Shown here: in pieces, positions 1 to 8,508 of the stretch
Position numbering within the stretch: the stretch's first letter is position 1
Layout: every line of letters starts with the position of its first letter
Assembly (NCBI GenBank): GCA_963731995.1
Contig: CAVSXV010000004.1
Coordinates: 384,973 to 448,972 of the forward strand
Direction: 5' to 3'
DNA: 64,000 nucleotides
From: an uncultured Chloroflexia bacterium
GTDB taxonomy: Bacteria; Chloroflexota; Limnocylindria; Limnocylindrales; CSP1-4
Position numbers and translations under genes: made by a program
The notes under the pieces: model-generated
Database searches by the model: none
Told to the model about the DNA's origin: nothing
Seen by the model: only the letters and a program-made list of their open reading frames with translations

Positions 1-753
1 CACCATCCAGAACTCGGACAGGTGCCGGCTGGTGTTGGAGTTCTCGGCCCGGAAGGTGGGCCCGAAGGTGTACACCCGGGTCATGGCCAGGCAGTAGGTC
101 TCCACGTTGAGCTGGCCCGAGACCGTGAGGAAGGTCGGGCGGCCGAAGAAGTCCTGGCTGTAGTCCACGGCGCCGTCCGGCGTGCGCGGGAGGTTGGCCG
201 TGTCGAGGGTCGAGACGCGGAACATCTCGCCCGCGCCTTCGGCGTCCGAGGCGGTGATGATGGGCGTGTGGATCCAGTAGAAGCCGTGCTCGTGGAAGTA
301 GCGATGGATCGCCTGGGCGAGCGCGTTGCGCACGCGAGCCACCGCCCCGATGGTGTTGGTGCGCACGCGCAGGTGCGGCACCTCGCGCAGGTACTCGAAG
401 GTGTGGCGCTTGGCCGCGACGGGATAGGAGTCGGGGTCGTCGACCCAGCCCACCACCGTGACCGACTCGGCCTGCAGCTCGACCGACTGGCCCTTGCCCT
501 GTGACTCCGCGAGCGTGCCGCTGGCGGTGATGGCGCAGCCGGCGGTCAGGTGCTGGATCTCCTCTTCGTAGTTCGGCAGCTCGTTCTTGGCCACGATCTG
601 CAGTGGGGCGAAGGACGAACCGTCGTGGACCTGTACGAACGAGAGGCCGGCCTTCGAGTCGCGGCGCGTGCGCACCCAGCCCTGCACCGTCACCTCTTCG
701 CCGGCCGAGCGCGCTCCGCCCAGCACGTCGGCGATCCGGACCACATCTGTCAT
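1..753 (-). CDS. asnS: asparagine--tRNA ligase, N-terminal ~250 codons (3' part lies beyond the window edge)
   Basis: Absent from the ORF track because it runs off the edge. Reverse complement from ATG (751-753) reads [13 protein letters not shown]...[26 protein letters not shown]...[28 protein letters not shown], the class-II AsnRS anticodon-binding fold and motif-2 region. Confidence 0.9.
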   Translation of the reverse strand, partial: MTDVVRIADVLGGARSAGEEVTVQGWVRTRRDSKAGLSFVQVHDGSSFAPLQIVAKNELPNYEEEIQHLTAGCAITASGTLAESQGKGQSVELQAESVTVVGWVDDPDSYPVAAKRHTFEYLREVPHLRVRTNTIGAVARVRNALAQAIHRYFHEHGFYWIHTPIITASDAEGAGEMFRVSTLDTANLPRTPDGAVDYSQDFFGRPTFLTVSGQLNVETYCLAMTRVYTFGPTFRAENSNTSRHLSEFWMV

Positions 754-911
754 CGCGACCTCCCTCTGTCCCGCGAGGGTAGCGCGAACCGAAGGTGGTA
801 GGTCGCGCAGGGCGTCACAGGACCTTCATGCCCGCGTCATCGAGCGGCGCCATCCTGCGCAGTCGCGGTTGCACTCCCTGCAGCCGCAACGAAGGATGAG
901 GAGAACGATCG

Positions 912-1532
912 ATGCGAAGAATGACGACGATCGGCGCTGCTGCCTTGCTGGCCCTCGCGCTGGCTCCCGGTAGCGCACTCGCACAGGACGATGCGTCCGA
1001 CGACATGTCGGGCGACGACATGATGATGGGGACGATGGTGCCCCACCCTGCCCATATCCACGCCGGGCTGTGCCCGGGTGTCGGCGATGTGGTCGCCCCC
1101 CTCAATGACGTCACGGTCGTGGGCAATGAGGCCCAGGGCGCTGCAGACTCCATCCACGTCGACATCAGCCAGTCGACGGTGCCGCTGGGTCTCGCAGACA
1201 TCCTCGCCGCGGATCACGCCATCAACGTCCACCAGAGTGCCGACGACATGGGCACCTACATCACCTGCGGCAACATCGGCGGCCACGACGTCGACGGCTC
1301 GTTCCTCGTGGGCATGGGCCCGGTCGGCGACTCAGGCTACTCGGGCATCGCCTGGTTGACCGACAACGGCGACGGCACCACGGACGTGCTGGTCACGATC
1401 TCGCACTCAGGCGCCACCGAGTCGATGGGCATGGATGACGACATGTCCGACGACGGCGACATGAGCGCTGACGACGACATGTCCGATGACGGCGACATGG
1501 GTGGCGACGACGACATGGACAGCGACAGCTAG
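912..1532 (+). CDS. secreted CHRD-like protein with Met/Asp-rich N- and C-terminal tracts
   Basis: Sec signal MRRMTTIGAAALLALALAPGSALA. Core carries CHRD-like signatures AHIHAGLCPGVGDVV and HAINVHQS. Flanking tracts are DDMSGDDMMMG and a C-terminal 36-bp in-frame repeat (DDDMSDDGDM x ~3). Confidence 0.75.
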   Translation: MRRMTTIGAAALLALALAPGSALAQDDASDDMSGDDMMMGTMVPHPAHIHAGLCPGVGDVVAPLNDVTVVGNEAQGAADSIHVDISQSTVPLGLADILAADHAINVHQSADDMGTYITCGNIGGHDVDGSFLVGMGPVGDSGYSGIAWLTDNGDGTTDVLVTISHSGATESMGMDDDMSDDGDMSADDDMSDDGDMGGDDDMDSDS

Positions 1533-1575
1533 TCCCGCCGCCCTCGACACCGACCCACCACGCGGGTCACTAAAC

Positions 1576-1605
1576 GGAGCAGGTGCCGCATCCGCGCCCT
1601 GCTCC
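1576..1605. terminator. hairpin between convergent genes (possible bidirectional terminator)
   Basis: GGAGCAGG (1576-1583), 14-nt loop, CCTGCTCC (1598-1605). On the minus strand it is followed by GTTTAGTG and sits 1 nt after the MFS stop codon. Confidence 0.4.
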
Positions 1606-1606
1606 G

Positions 1607-2968
1607 TCACTCGTCCTGCTGCTCGGTCATCTCCACGGCCGGCTCGAGGCCCGGGTCGACCTCCGCGGCGGCGATGTTCGAAGCACCGACCCCGGTGGTG
1701 GCCATGGGCTGCACGCCCGGTCCTTCGATCAGCCGCCGACCCAGGTCCAGCTTCCGCAGCTGCGGTGCGAAGACGGCCACACCGCTGACCACCATCAGCG
1801 TCACGACACCACCGAGGACCACGCTGGCCACGACGCCCAGGATCGACGCCGCCACACCGCTCTCGAAGGCTCCCAGCTCGTTCGAGGCGCCGATGAAGAC
1901 GTGGTTGACGGAGGCGATGCGCCCGCGCAGGGCCTCGGGTGACTCGACGCGCAGGATGACCAGGCGGATGACCATCGAGACGCCATCGACGAGCCCGGCC
2001 CCGAAGAGCGCCAGCATCGACAGCCAGAAGCTCGTCGAGAAGCCGAACACGATCATGGCTACGCCGAACAGCGCGACGCACACGAGCAGGATGCGTCCCG
2101 CGTTGCGGCGGGGCTGGAAGCGGCCGGCGGCGAGCATGGCGATAAGGGCACCGGCTGACGGCATCGTGCGTAAGGCACCCAGCCCGACCGGACCGGCCCC
2201 CAGGATGTCGGTGGCGAAGACTGGCAACATCGCCATGGCGCCACCAAAGAAAACGGCGAACAGGTCGAGCGCCATCGATGAGAGCAGCACCTGGTGGTGG
2301 GCGACGTAGCCAACGCCGCCGGACAGGCTCTTGACGATGCCCTCTGATCGTTCGACCCGGGGCATCGGTTTGCGCGAGATGCGCGAGATGAAGAACACGG
2401 AGAGGCCGAGCACGATCGCGATGGCGAGGTAGGTCAGGGGGATCCCCAGGAAGGCGATCGACAGGCCACCCGCTGCCGGGCCGACGATGGCCGCCGCGGT
2501 CCAGGCGCCTCCGCTCAGCGAGGCGCCGCGGGTGGCGTGCTCCACGGGGATGACCTGGGTCTCGAAGGCCACCAGCGCCGGACGCTCGAACCCCGCAGCC
2601 ACCCCGACCAGGAAGACGACCACGAGGATGCCGGCGAACGTGGCACCCTCGCCGGTCAGCGAGATGATGGCCAGGACCAGGGCGCCGAGTGTGAGCAGGG
2701 TGCCGGTGGTGAGCACGATCGAGCGCCGGTCGCGACGATCGGCGACGTGTCCGCCGAAGAGCATCAGGCCCAGTGCCGGGATGGCCTCGACGAGACCCAG
2801 CAGCCCCAGCGCCAGCGGCTCGCCGGTGACCTCCCACGTCTGGAAGGCCACGACCGTGGCGATCGCGCTCATGCCCAGCGCCGCCAGCCCGCGGGCACCC
2901 AGCAGCGCCCGGAACTCGGGCTGCGAGAGGAGCGCCCGCGCCGGATCGGTCGAGGAGGACAGGGTCAC
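1607..2968 (-). CDS. MFS transporter
   Basis: 453-aa ORF that is hydrophobic throughout with about 12 predicted helices. N-terminus FRALLGARGLAALGMSAIATVVAFQ is typical of the EntS/DUF894-type MFS family. Confidence 0.85.
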   Translation of the reverse strand: MTLSSSTDPARALLSQPEFRALLGARGLAALGMSAIATVVAFQTWEVTGEPLALGLLGLVEAIPALGLMLFGGHVADRRDRRSIVLTTGTLLTLGALVLAIISLTGEGATFAGILVVVFLVGVAAGFERPALVAFETQVIPVEHATRGASLSGGAWTAAAIVGPAAGGLSIAFLGIPLTYLAIAIVLGLSVFFISRISRKPMPRVERSEGIVKSLSGGVGYVAHHQVLLSSMALDLFAVFFGGAMAMLPVFATDILGAGPVGLGALRTMPSAGALIAMLAAGRFQPRRNAGRILLVCVALFGVAMIVFGFSTSFWLSMLALFGAGLVDGVSMVIRLVILRVESPEALRGRIASVNHVFIGASNELGAFESGVAASILGVVASVVLGGVVTLMVVSGVAVFAPQLRKLDLGRRLIEGPGVQPMATTGVGASNIAAAEVDPGLEPAVEMTEQQDE

Positions 2969-2991
2969 CCCGAGAGCGTAGCGACCCCGGC

Positions 2992-3020
2992 TTGACCGAG
3001 ACGGACTAACGGTGTAAGGT
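2992..3020 (+). promoter_or_regulatory. sigma70-like promoter candidate overlapping a direct repeat
   Basis: TTGACC (2992-2997), 17-nt spacer, TAAGGT (3015-3020). GTGTAAG is repeated at 3012-3018 and 3034-3040. Confidence 0.3.
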
Positions 3021-3072
3021 TCACGCCATTACAGTGTAAGTCCAGCTCAGGGCCAAGTCCTGGGGCGCGCAC

Positions 3073-3540
3073 GTGACGGGCGTGTGCAGTACGCGCAACC
3101 TCGAGCTCGTGCAGTCGCTCGGCGTCGATGCGGTCATCGACCACACACGAGAGGACTTCACCGATGGCGACGAGCGCTACGACCTCGCCTTCCAACTTGG
3201 GGGTACCACCTCGCCTTCGGCTATCCGCAAGCTGCTGACCGAGACGGGGACGCTGGTGCAGTGCGCCGGCGACGGAGGCCGCCTGCTCGGACCCGTGCCC
3301 AACATCATCAAGGCCGTGATGGCCAACCGCTTCGTGAGCCAGACCCTTGGCCTGGTCAGCACGGTCGAAGACACCGCGACGCTCGATGCGCTTCGCGAGA
3401 TGGTGGAAACGGGCGCGCTGCGTCCGGTCATCGACAGCACCGTCCCCTTCGAGGAGGCAGGGTTCGCGGTCGACCGGGTCGAGACCGGTAGCCCCGGCGG
3501 AAAGATCGCCATCAGCGGCGTCGCCCAGGGATCCGGCTAG
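3073..3540 (+). pseudogene. C-terminal fragment of a zinc-type/MDR NAD(P)H:quinone oxidoreductase (N-terminal ~170 codons missing)
   Basis: VCSTRNLELVQSLGVDAVIDHTREDF...GALRPVIDSTVPFEEAGFAVDRVETGSPGGKIAI matches only the C-terminal Rossmann half of MDR quinone reductases. An in-frame TAA at 3037-3039 blocks any upstream extension. Confidence 0.6.
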
Positions 3541-4154
3541 GCTCCGGGCTTCCGGCCGGTGAGCAGGAAGAGCGGGTAGGTCCGGCCGTTGTCGTGCTCG
3601 AGCTCGTGCACGATCCGAACGCTGGCCTCTTCGAACCCGGCCGCGGTCGCGAGCGCCACCAGCGAGTCGCCCGCGAACCCCTGGTGGTGGATGCCCGGCT
3701 GGTCGGGATCGTGGAAGGAGCCGTCCTCCTCGTCGAGATCGATGAGCCCGATGTAGCCGCCGGGCACGAGTGCCGCGTTGATCGAGCGGAGGGTGGCCGC
3801 GGTGTCCTCGACATGGTGCAGCACCAGCAGTGACACGGCCAGGTCGAAGGGCGCGTCCTCGGGCGGCTCGTCGGCCGGGAAGTCGAAGACGATGGCCTTG
3901 GCATCGACGATGCCTTCGGCCTCGATCTTCGTGCGGGCCACCTCGATCATGCCCTCCGATGGGTCGGCCAGGACCACCGAGCCGATGTCGTGCAGCAGGT
4001 CCAGGCCCAGGAGTCCGGTGCCGGCACCGATGTCGATGGCGCGCATCTCCCCGTTCAGAGGCACGTGCTCGCGGATGGTATCGGCCAGGACGTGGGCTCG
4101 CGCGCGCCGCTCAGGGGTGTCCCATTCGGCCGCCTTCTCATCGAATTCGCTCAT
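3537..4154 (-). CDS. class I SAM-dependent methyltransferase
   Basis: Motif I IDIGAGTGLLGLDL, then acidic loop VLADPSEGM and motif LVPGGYIGLIDL. Confidence 0.85.
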   Translation of the reverse strand: MSEFDEKAAEWDTPERRARAHVLADTIREHVPLNGEMRAIDIGAGTGLLGLDLLHDIGSVVLADPSEGMIEVARTKIEAEGIVDAKAIVFDFPADEPPEDAPFDLAVSLLVLHHVEDTAATLRSINAALVPGGYIGLIDLDEEDGSFHDPDQPGIHHQGFAGDSLVALATAAGFEEASVRIVHELEHDNGRTYPLFLLTGRKPGA

Positions 4155-4213
4155 CTGCCCATGGTGAACGATGGCGCTTCGCGGCGCAGCGCCGACCGTG
4201 GCACAGTTGCCCG

Positions 4214-4645
4214 ATGCGATTGATCACCTCGGAGAACGTCAGCGCCTTCGTCAAGGATGGCGTGCTCCACGTCGACGACGGCTGGACGCTGGCGCCGTCT
4301 GCGCTCGAATACCTGCGCCGCAACCGCGTGCGCTTCGAGGGCGAGGAGTCGCGGGCGGCCGCCGCGGCCGCGGCCGAGAACCTCGTGGTCATCACCGTCC
4401 AGGGCATCGACAAGCCCGGCATCATCGCCACCGTCGCGAGCGAGGTCGCCCGCCAGCACGGCAACGTCACCGACCTCTCGCAGACCATCCTCGCGGGTGT
4501 GTTCGTGATGGTGCTCGTGGTGGACATGAGCAGCACCGATGGCTACGACTCGCTGGTGGCCGGCCTCGAGCGCGTGGGCGAGGAGCTGGGCATGGAGATC
4601 TCCGTGCGCCTCTACTCGGTCTATGAAGCGATGCACCGCATCTAG
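4214..4645 (+). CDS. ACT-domain protein, UPF0237 family, with a ~55-aa N-terminal extension
   Basis: ATG at 4214 (MRLITSENV...). C-terminal 90 aa LVVITVQGIDKPGIIATVASEVARQHGNVTDLSQTILAGVFVMVLVVD...MEISVRLYSVYEAMHRI form a typical UPF0237 ACT domain. It sits directly upstream of the UPF0210 partner. Confidence 0.85.
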   Translation: MRLITSENVSAFVKDGVLHVDDGWTLAPSALEYLRRNRVRFEGEESRAAAAAAAENLVVITVQGIDKPGIIATVASEVARQHGNVTDLSQTILAGVFVMVLVVDMSSTDGYDSLVAGLERVGEELGMEISVRLYSVYEAMHRI

Positions 4646-4663
4646 CGGGCAGGGGAGACAGCG

Positions 4664-6019
4664 ATGGCCCGTGGACTGCTGGGCATGGACGAGATCCTCG
4701 AGTCGGTGGGGATGGTCGGCCGCGATCACCTCGACATCCGCACCGTCACGCTCGGCATCAACCTGCGTGGCTGCCGCACGCCCGGGGACGTGGTCCGCCA
4801 CATCACCGACACCGCTGGCGATCTCATGCCCATCACCGACGCCATCGCGGCTGAGACCGGCATCCCCATCGTCAACCGACGCATCGCGGTGACGCCCATC
4901 GCGTGGGTCGCCGACCGGCCCGACCAGGAGCTGCTGCTCGACCTGGCGCGTGCGCTCGACGAGGCCGCCACGACGGTCGGGGTCGACTTCATCGGCGGCT
5001 TCAGCGCCATGGTCGAGAAGCACGCTTCGCGCATCGATGAGGAAGTCATGGCCGCGCTGCCATACGCGCTCGCGGAGACCGAGCGAGTCTGTGGCTCGGT
5101 CAACGTGGCCACCACCGGCGCGGGCATCAACATGGATGCGGTGGCCTTCATGGGCGAGGTCGTGAAGGAGACCGCTGCGGCCACCGCCGAGCGGTCCGCC
5201 ATCGGCTGCGCCAAGCTCGTCGTCTTCGCCAACGCCGTGCCCGACAACCCCTTCATGGCTGGTGCCTTCCACGGCTTCGGCGAAGGCGATGCCGCCATCT
5301 CCGTGGGCATCTCCGGGCCGGGCGTGGTGGCCAATGCGTTGCGTCGGCTGCCCACGGGTGCGCCCATGCACGAGCTGGCCGAGGAGATCAAGCGCACCGT
5401 CTTCAAGATCACCCGCGTGGGCGAGCACGTGGGTCGCGAGGTCTCGCGCCGCATGGGCGTGGCCTTCGGGGTGGTCGATATCTCCCTGGCACCGACCTCC
5501 ACGCCCGGCGATTCGGTGGCAGAGATCCTCGAGCTCATCGGTGTCGAGCGGGTGGGGCTGCCCGGCTCCACCGTGGCCCTGGCCATGCTCAACGACGCGG
5601 TCAAGAAGGGCGGGGCCATGGCGACCTCGCGTGCGGGCGGCTTGTCCGGCGCCTTCATCCCCGTGAGCGAGGATGCGGTCTTCGCCTCTGCCGCAGCCGA
5701 TGGACATCTCGTGCTCGAGAAGCTGGAGGCCATGACCGCGGTCTGCTCGGTGGGCCTCGACATGATCGCGCTACCGGGAGACACCTCGGCCGACACGATC
5801 GCCGCCATCATCGCCGACGAGGCCGCCATCGGCATCATCAACGGAAAGACCACCGCGGCGCGGCTGATCCCGGTGCCCGGTGCTGTGCCCGGCGACTGGG
5901 TCGACTGGGGTGGCCTGCTGGGGCGAGCGCCGGTCATGCACGTGCGCGACCGCGCCACGGTCGGTGTCGTCCAGCGCGGCGGCCACATGCCCCCGCCACT
6001 GCGCGCACTGGGCAACTGA
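4664..6019 (+). CDS. UPF0210 (DUF711) family protein
   Basis: 451 aa with family signatures throughout: DIRTVTLGINL, IPIVNRRIAVTPI, VDFIGGFSA, KLVVFANAVPDNPFMAGAFHG, GVVDISLAPT, LNDAVKKGG, GGLSGAFIPVSED, LEAMTAVCSVGLDMIALPGDT, ADEAAIG. Confidence 0.9.
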   Translation: MARGLLGMDEILESVGMVGRDHLDIRTVTLGINLRGCRTPGDVVRHITDTAGDLMPITDAIAAETGIPIVNRRIAVTPIAWVADRPDQELLLDLARALDEAATTVGVDFIGGFSAMVEKHASRIDEEVMAALPYALAETERVCGSVNVATTGAGINMDAVAFMGEVVKETAAATAERSAIGCAKLVVFANAVPDNPFMAGAFHGFGEGDAAISVGISGPGVVANALRRLPTGAPMHELAEEIKRTVFKITRVGEHVGREVSRRMGVAFGVVDISLAPTSTPGDSVAEILELIGVERVGLPGSTVALAMLNDAVKKGGAMATSRAGGLSGAFIPVSEDAVFASAAADGHLVLEKLEAMTAVCSVGLDMIALPGDTSADTIAAIIADEAAIGIINGKTTAARLIPVPGAVPGDWVDWGGLLGRAPVMHVRDRATVGVVQRGGHMPPPLRALGN

Positions 6020-6045
6020 CCGGGGCCTCATCGTCGAAGCGAGTG

Positions 6046-6696
6046 CTACCCCGCGGGGGTCTTGTCCCGCGACTTCGGTGCGTCCGCCAGCAACTGCTGC
6101 GTCAACAGCGCGCTGAGCCAGCGCTCATAGTCGTCAGCTGACCAGCCGTGGATGTCCAGCAGTTCCGACCACAGCTCGGGCAGCGTCAGGGCATCAAGGA
6201 CCGCGGCTGCCCGGACCGGTGAGAGCCCTCGGGCCAGGTCGGGCTCCAGCGCATCGGCCAGGGAGCGCAGCCCCGCCCGGCGTCGCTCCAGCACCCGCTC
6301 GACGCCGGCCCGCACGGCCGGATCGGTGAGTGCGGCGTCACGGTGGATGATGATGATGCTGGCGCCATGCTCCCAGCGCACCCGGATCGACCGCGCGAAC
6401 AGCGCCAGGCGATCTTCCGCCCGCGGCTCCGACATGGCGGCCGTGAACAGCCGTTCCGCTTCGGGATCGTGCACCACCCGCGCGAGGAGCTGCTCGAGGA
6501 TGCCGCTCTTGGAGCCGAAGACGGCGTACACCGTCTGGACCGCGACCCCGGCTTCGGACGCGATCTTCCGCAGCGGCGTGGCGCCGTAGCCGTCCCGCGC
6601 GAATAGCGCTAGCGCGGCATCGGTGATGCGCCGACGGGTCACCTCCGCGCGCTCTTCACGCAGGCTCAAACGATGCTCTTGTGCAAACTTGGACAT
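6046..6696 (-). CDS. TetR/AcrR family transcriptional regulator
   Basis: N-terminal HTH: RRRITDAALALFARDGYGATPLRKIASEAGVAVQTVYAVFGSK. Divergent from the SnoaL-like gene. Confidence 0.9.
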   Translation of the reverse strand: MSKFAQEHRLSLREERAEVTRRRITDAALALFARDGYGATPLRKIASEAGVAVQTVYAVFGSKSGILEQLLARVVHDPEAERLFTAAMSEPRAEDRLALFARSIRVRWEHGASIIIIHRDAALTDPAVRAGVERVLERRRAGLRSLADALEPDLARGLSPVRAAAVLDALTLPELWSELLDIHGWSADDYERWLSALLTQQLLADAPKSRDKTPAG

Positions 6697-6698
6697 GA

Positions 6699-6759
6699 CG
6701 ATAGAGTAGCGCTACTGCTTGATAGAGTCAGACTCTATCTGAATAGAGAAACACTCTAT
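6699..6759. promoter_or_regulatory. putative TetR operator cluster (three ATAGAG-containing sites)
   Basis: Perfect palindrome GATAGAGTCAGACTCTATC (6721-6739). Second palindrome ATAGAGAAACACTCTAT (6743-6759). A third ATAGAG (6701-6706) abuts GTAGCGCTAC (6706-6715). All lie in the 100-bp divergent intergenic region. Confidence 0.5.
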
Positions 6760-6796
6760 CGTCAACGGGCAGGATGGCCATCAAGGAGGTCGGCAG

Positions 6797-7249
6797 ATGT
6801 CGGTCGAGGACAACATCCGGATGTTTCGCAGCCTCATCGAGGACGGCATCAGCAAGGGTGACCTGACGATCGTGGACGAGCTCGTCGCGCCCGACTGCGT
6901 GGAGCACCAGCGTGGCAACCACTCTGGATCCGACGGCGTCAAGGAGGTCATCGGCACGCTCCACCGCTGGATGTCCGAGTTCACGCTCACCATCGAGGAC
7001 CTCGTCGCCGACGGTGACATGGTCTGGACGCGTAACCGGGCGAGGGGCGTCAACACCGGTTCGGTCATGGGCAACGCCCCGACCGGTCGTGCCATCGACA
7101 TCGACGTCATCGACATCGGGCGCTTCGAGGACGGTCGCCTGGTGGAGCATTGGGGCATCGCCGACCAGCTCGGGATGATGCTCCAGCTGGGGCTGATCCC
7201 AGGTCGCGACTCAGCCCCGCGGGTGCTGGCTGAGCCTCAGCGCGCGTAG
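6797..7249 (+). CDS. SnoaL-like ester cyclase / polyketide-cyclase-fold protein
   Basis: NIRMFRSLIEDGISKGDLTIVDELVAPDCVEHQ...GRAIDIDVIDIGRFEDGRLVEHWGIADQLGMMLQLG is the typical ester-cyclase pattern. Confidence 0.8.
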   Translation: MSVEDNIRMFRSLIEDGISKGDLTIVDELVAPDCVEHQRGNHSGSDGVKEVIGTLHRWMSEFTLTIEDLVADGDMVWTRNRARGVNTGSVMGNAPTGRAIDIDVIDIGRFEDGRLVEHWGIADQLGMMLQLGLIPGRDSAPRVLAEPQRA

Positions 7250-8343
7250 CCTTCGGCAGGTTCGGCCGGCTCGTGGCCGGCCGACTCCGGCCGACCGATC
7301 CGCGACTGGGCCACGACGGCGTCTCGCCGCAGGCCCCGGAAGTCCTCGAGCGTCGTCCAGCCCCGGTCCGCGTGCTGCTCGAAGAAGGCCTCCATGCCGT
7401 CGATGAGCCCGCGCACCACGTTGGGCCCGATGGCCTTGTCGAGCATGGCCGCGGTCGCCACCTGGACCGTGCCGCAGCCGAGCAGGAAGAACGAGAGCGC
7501 ATCGGCCCAGGTCGAGATGCCGCCAACACCCGAGAACGAGCCGTCGGGATAGGCCTGCGTCATCTGCGCCATCTTGGCCAGCGACTGCATAAGGATGGCC
7601 GGTCCGCCGAGCCCGCCTGGTGAGACGAAGCCGTCGACGTTGATCTCGAACTCGAGCGTCTCGGGATCGATCGGTGGCAGCGACGGGAAGGTGTTCGACG
7701 AGACGATGGCATCGGCCCCGCCGCGGAACGTGGCGCCGGCCTCCTCCGCGATATCGGCCGTGGCCGGCGTGAGCTTGGCCCACACCGGGACCCGGGCCAC
7801 CTCCTTCACCGCCTGCGTCGTGGTCGATACCAGCGCCGCGTCCTTGCCCAAACCGGAGCCCATGTCATCGCGGTCCATGTGGGGACAGGAGTAGTTCAGC
7901 TCGACCGCGTCGACGCCCTCGTCCTGCACGGCCTGCACCAGTGTCTGCCAGGCCCGCATCTCTTCGTCCGAGCCCGACCCGGCCATGACCGAGGCCACCA
8001 GCACGTGGTCGGGATAGTCGCGCTTGATGGCGCTGAGCTTGCCGATCCACCAGTCGAGCGGCTTGTCGCTGATGAGTTCCCAGTTCCACGAGGCCATCAC
8101 CGTCGAGTCGGCGCGCTTGGACATGGATTTCAGCGAGCCGCTGTGATCCAGGCGCAGGAACTTCGTCTTGGGGCCGCGCACGTTGGTGACCTGGTGCAGG
8201 CCGATGGTCTTGGTCACCACACCACCCCAGCCTGCGTCGTAGGCCCGACGGATGTTCGATTCCGACTCGGTCGGCGGCGCCGAGGCGAGCATGAAGGGGT
8301 TCGGGAACTTGATGCCGGTGAAGGTGGTCGACAGATCGGCCAT
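7237..8343 (-). CDS. dihydroorotate/dihydropyrimidine dehydrogenase-like flavoenzyme (PreA-like TIM barrel, no ferredoxin domain)
   Basis: Start taken at ATG 8343 (GAGGAG 7 nt upstream): MADLSTTFTGIKFPNPFMLASAPPTESE...GWGGVVTKTI...VELNYSCPHM...VWAKLTP...GGLGGPAI. No C-terminal Cys clusters are present. Confidence 0.8.
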   Translation of the reverse strand: MADLSTTFTGIKFPNPFMLASAPPTESESNIRRAYDAGWGGVVTKTIGLHQVTNVRGPKTKFLRLDHSGSLKSMSKRADSTVMASWNWELISDKPLDWWIGKLSAIKRDYPDHVLVASVMAGSGSDEEMRAWQTLVQAVQDEGVDAVELNYSCPHMDRDDMGSGLGKDAALVSTTTQAVKEVARVPVWAKLTPATADIAEEAGATFRGGADAIVSSNTFPSLPPIDPETLEFEINVDGFVSPGGLGGPAILMQSLAKMAQMTQAYPDGSFSGVGGISTWADALSFFLLGCGTVQVATAAMLDKAIGPNVVRGLIDGMEAFFEQHADRGWTTLEDFRGLRRDAVVAQSRIGRPESAGHEPAEPAEGYAR

Positions 8344-8508
8344 CGTGGTCTCCTCGCGTGTGGGGAAGCGCTCACCGTAGTCAACCACGGCACGAGCGGA
8401 AGAGCCACAGGTCACATCTCACCTCAACCGTCGCCGAACCGCTTCCGAGCCGCACCCGTCGTGCAGGGCGGCCGCCACGAAGACCCTCGTTGGTGTGACA
8501 ATTCGGGC

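Noticed and set aside
4151-5707. Long antisense ORFs opposite real genes: 4151-5707(-) 518 aa, 1407-2837(-) 476 aa, 9517-11409(+) 630 aa, 29220-30926(-) 568 aa, 31019-32386(-) 455 aa, 45833-47269(+) 478 aa, 47860-49299(-) 479 aa, and others.
   Set aside because: Their translations are Arg/Gly/Ala/Pro/His-rich with no motifs, typical of shadow ORFs in high-GC DNA. In each case the opposite strand encodes a protein with clear family signatures.
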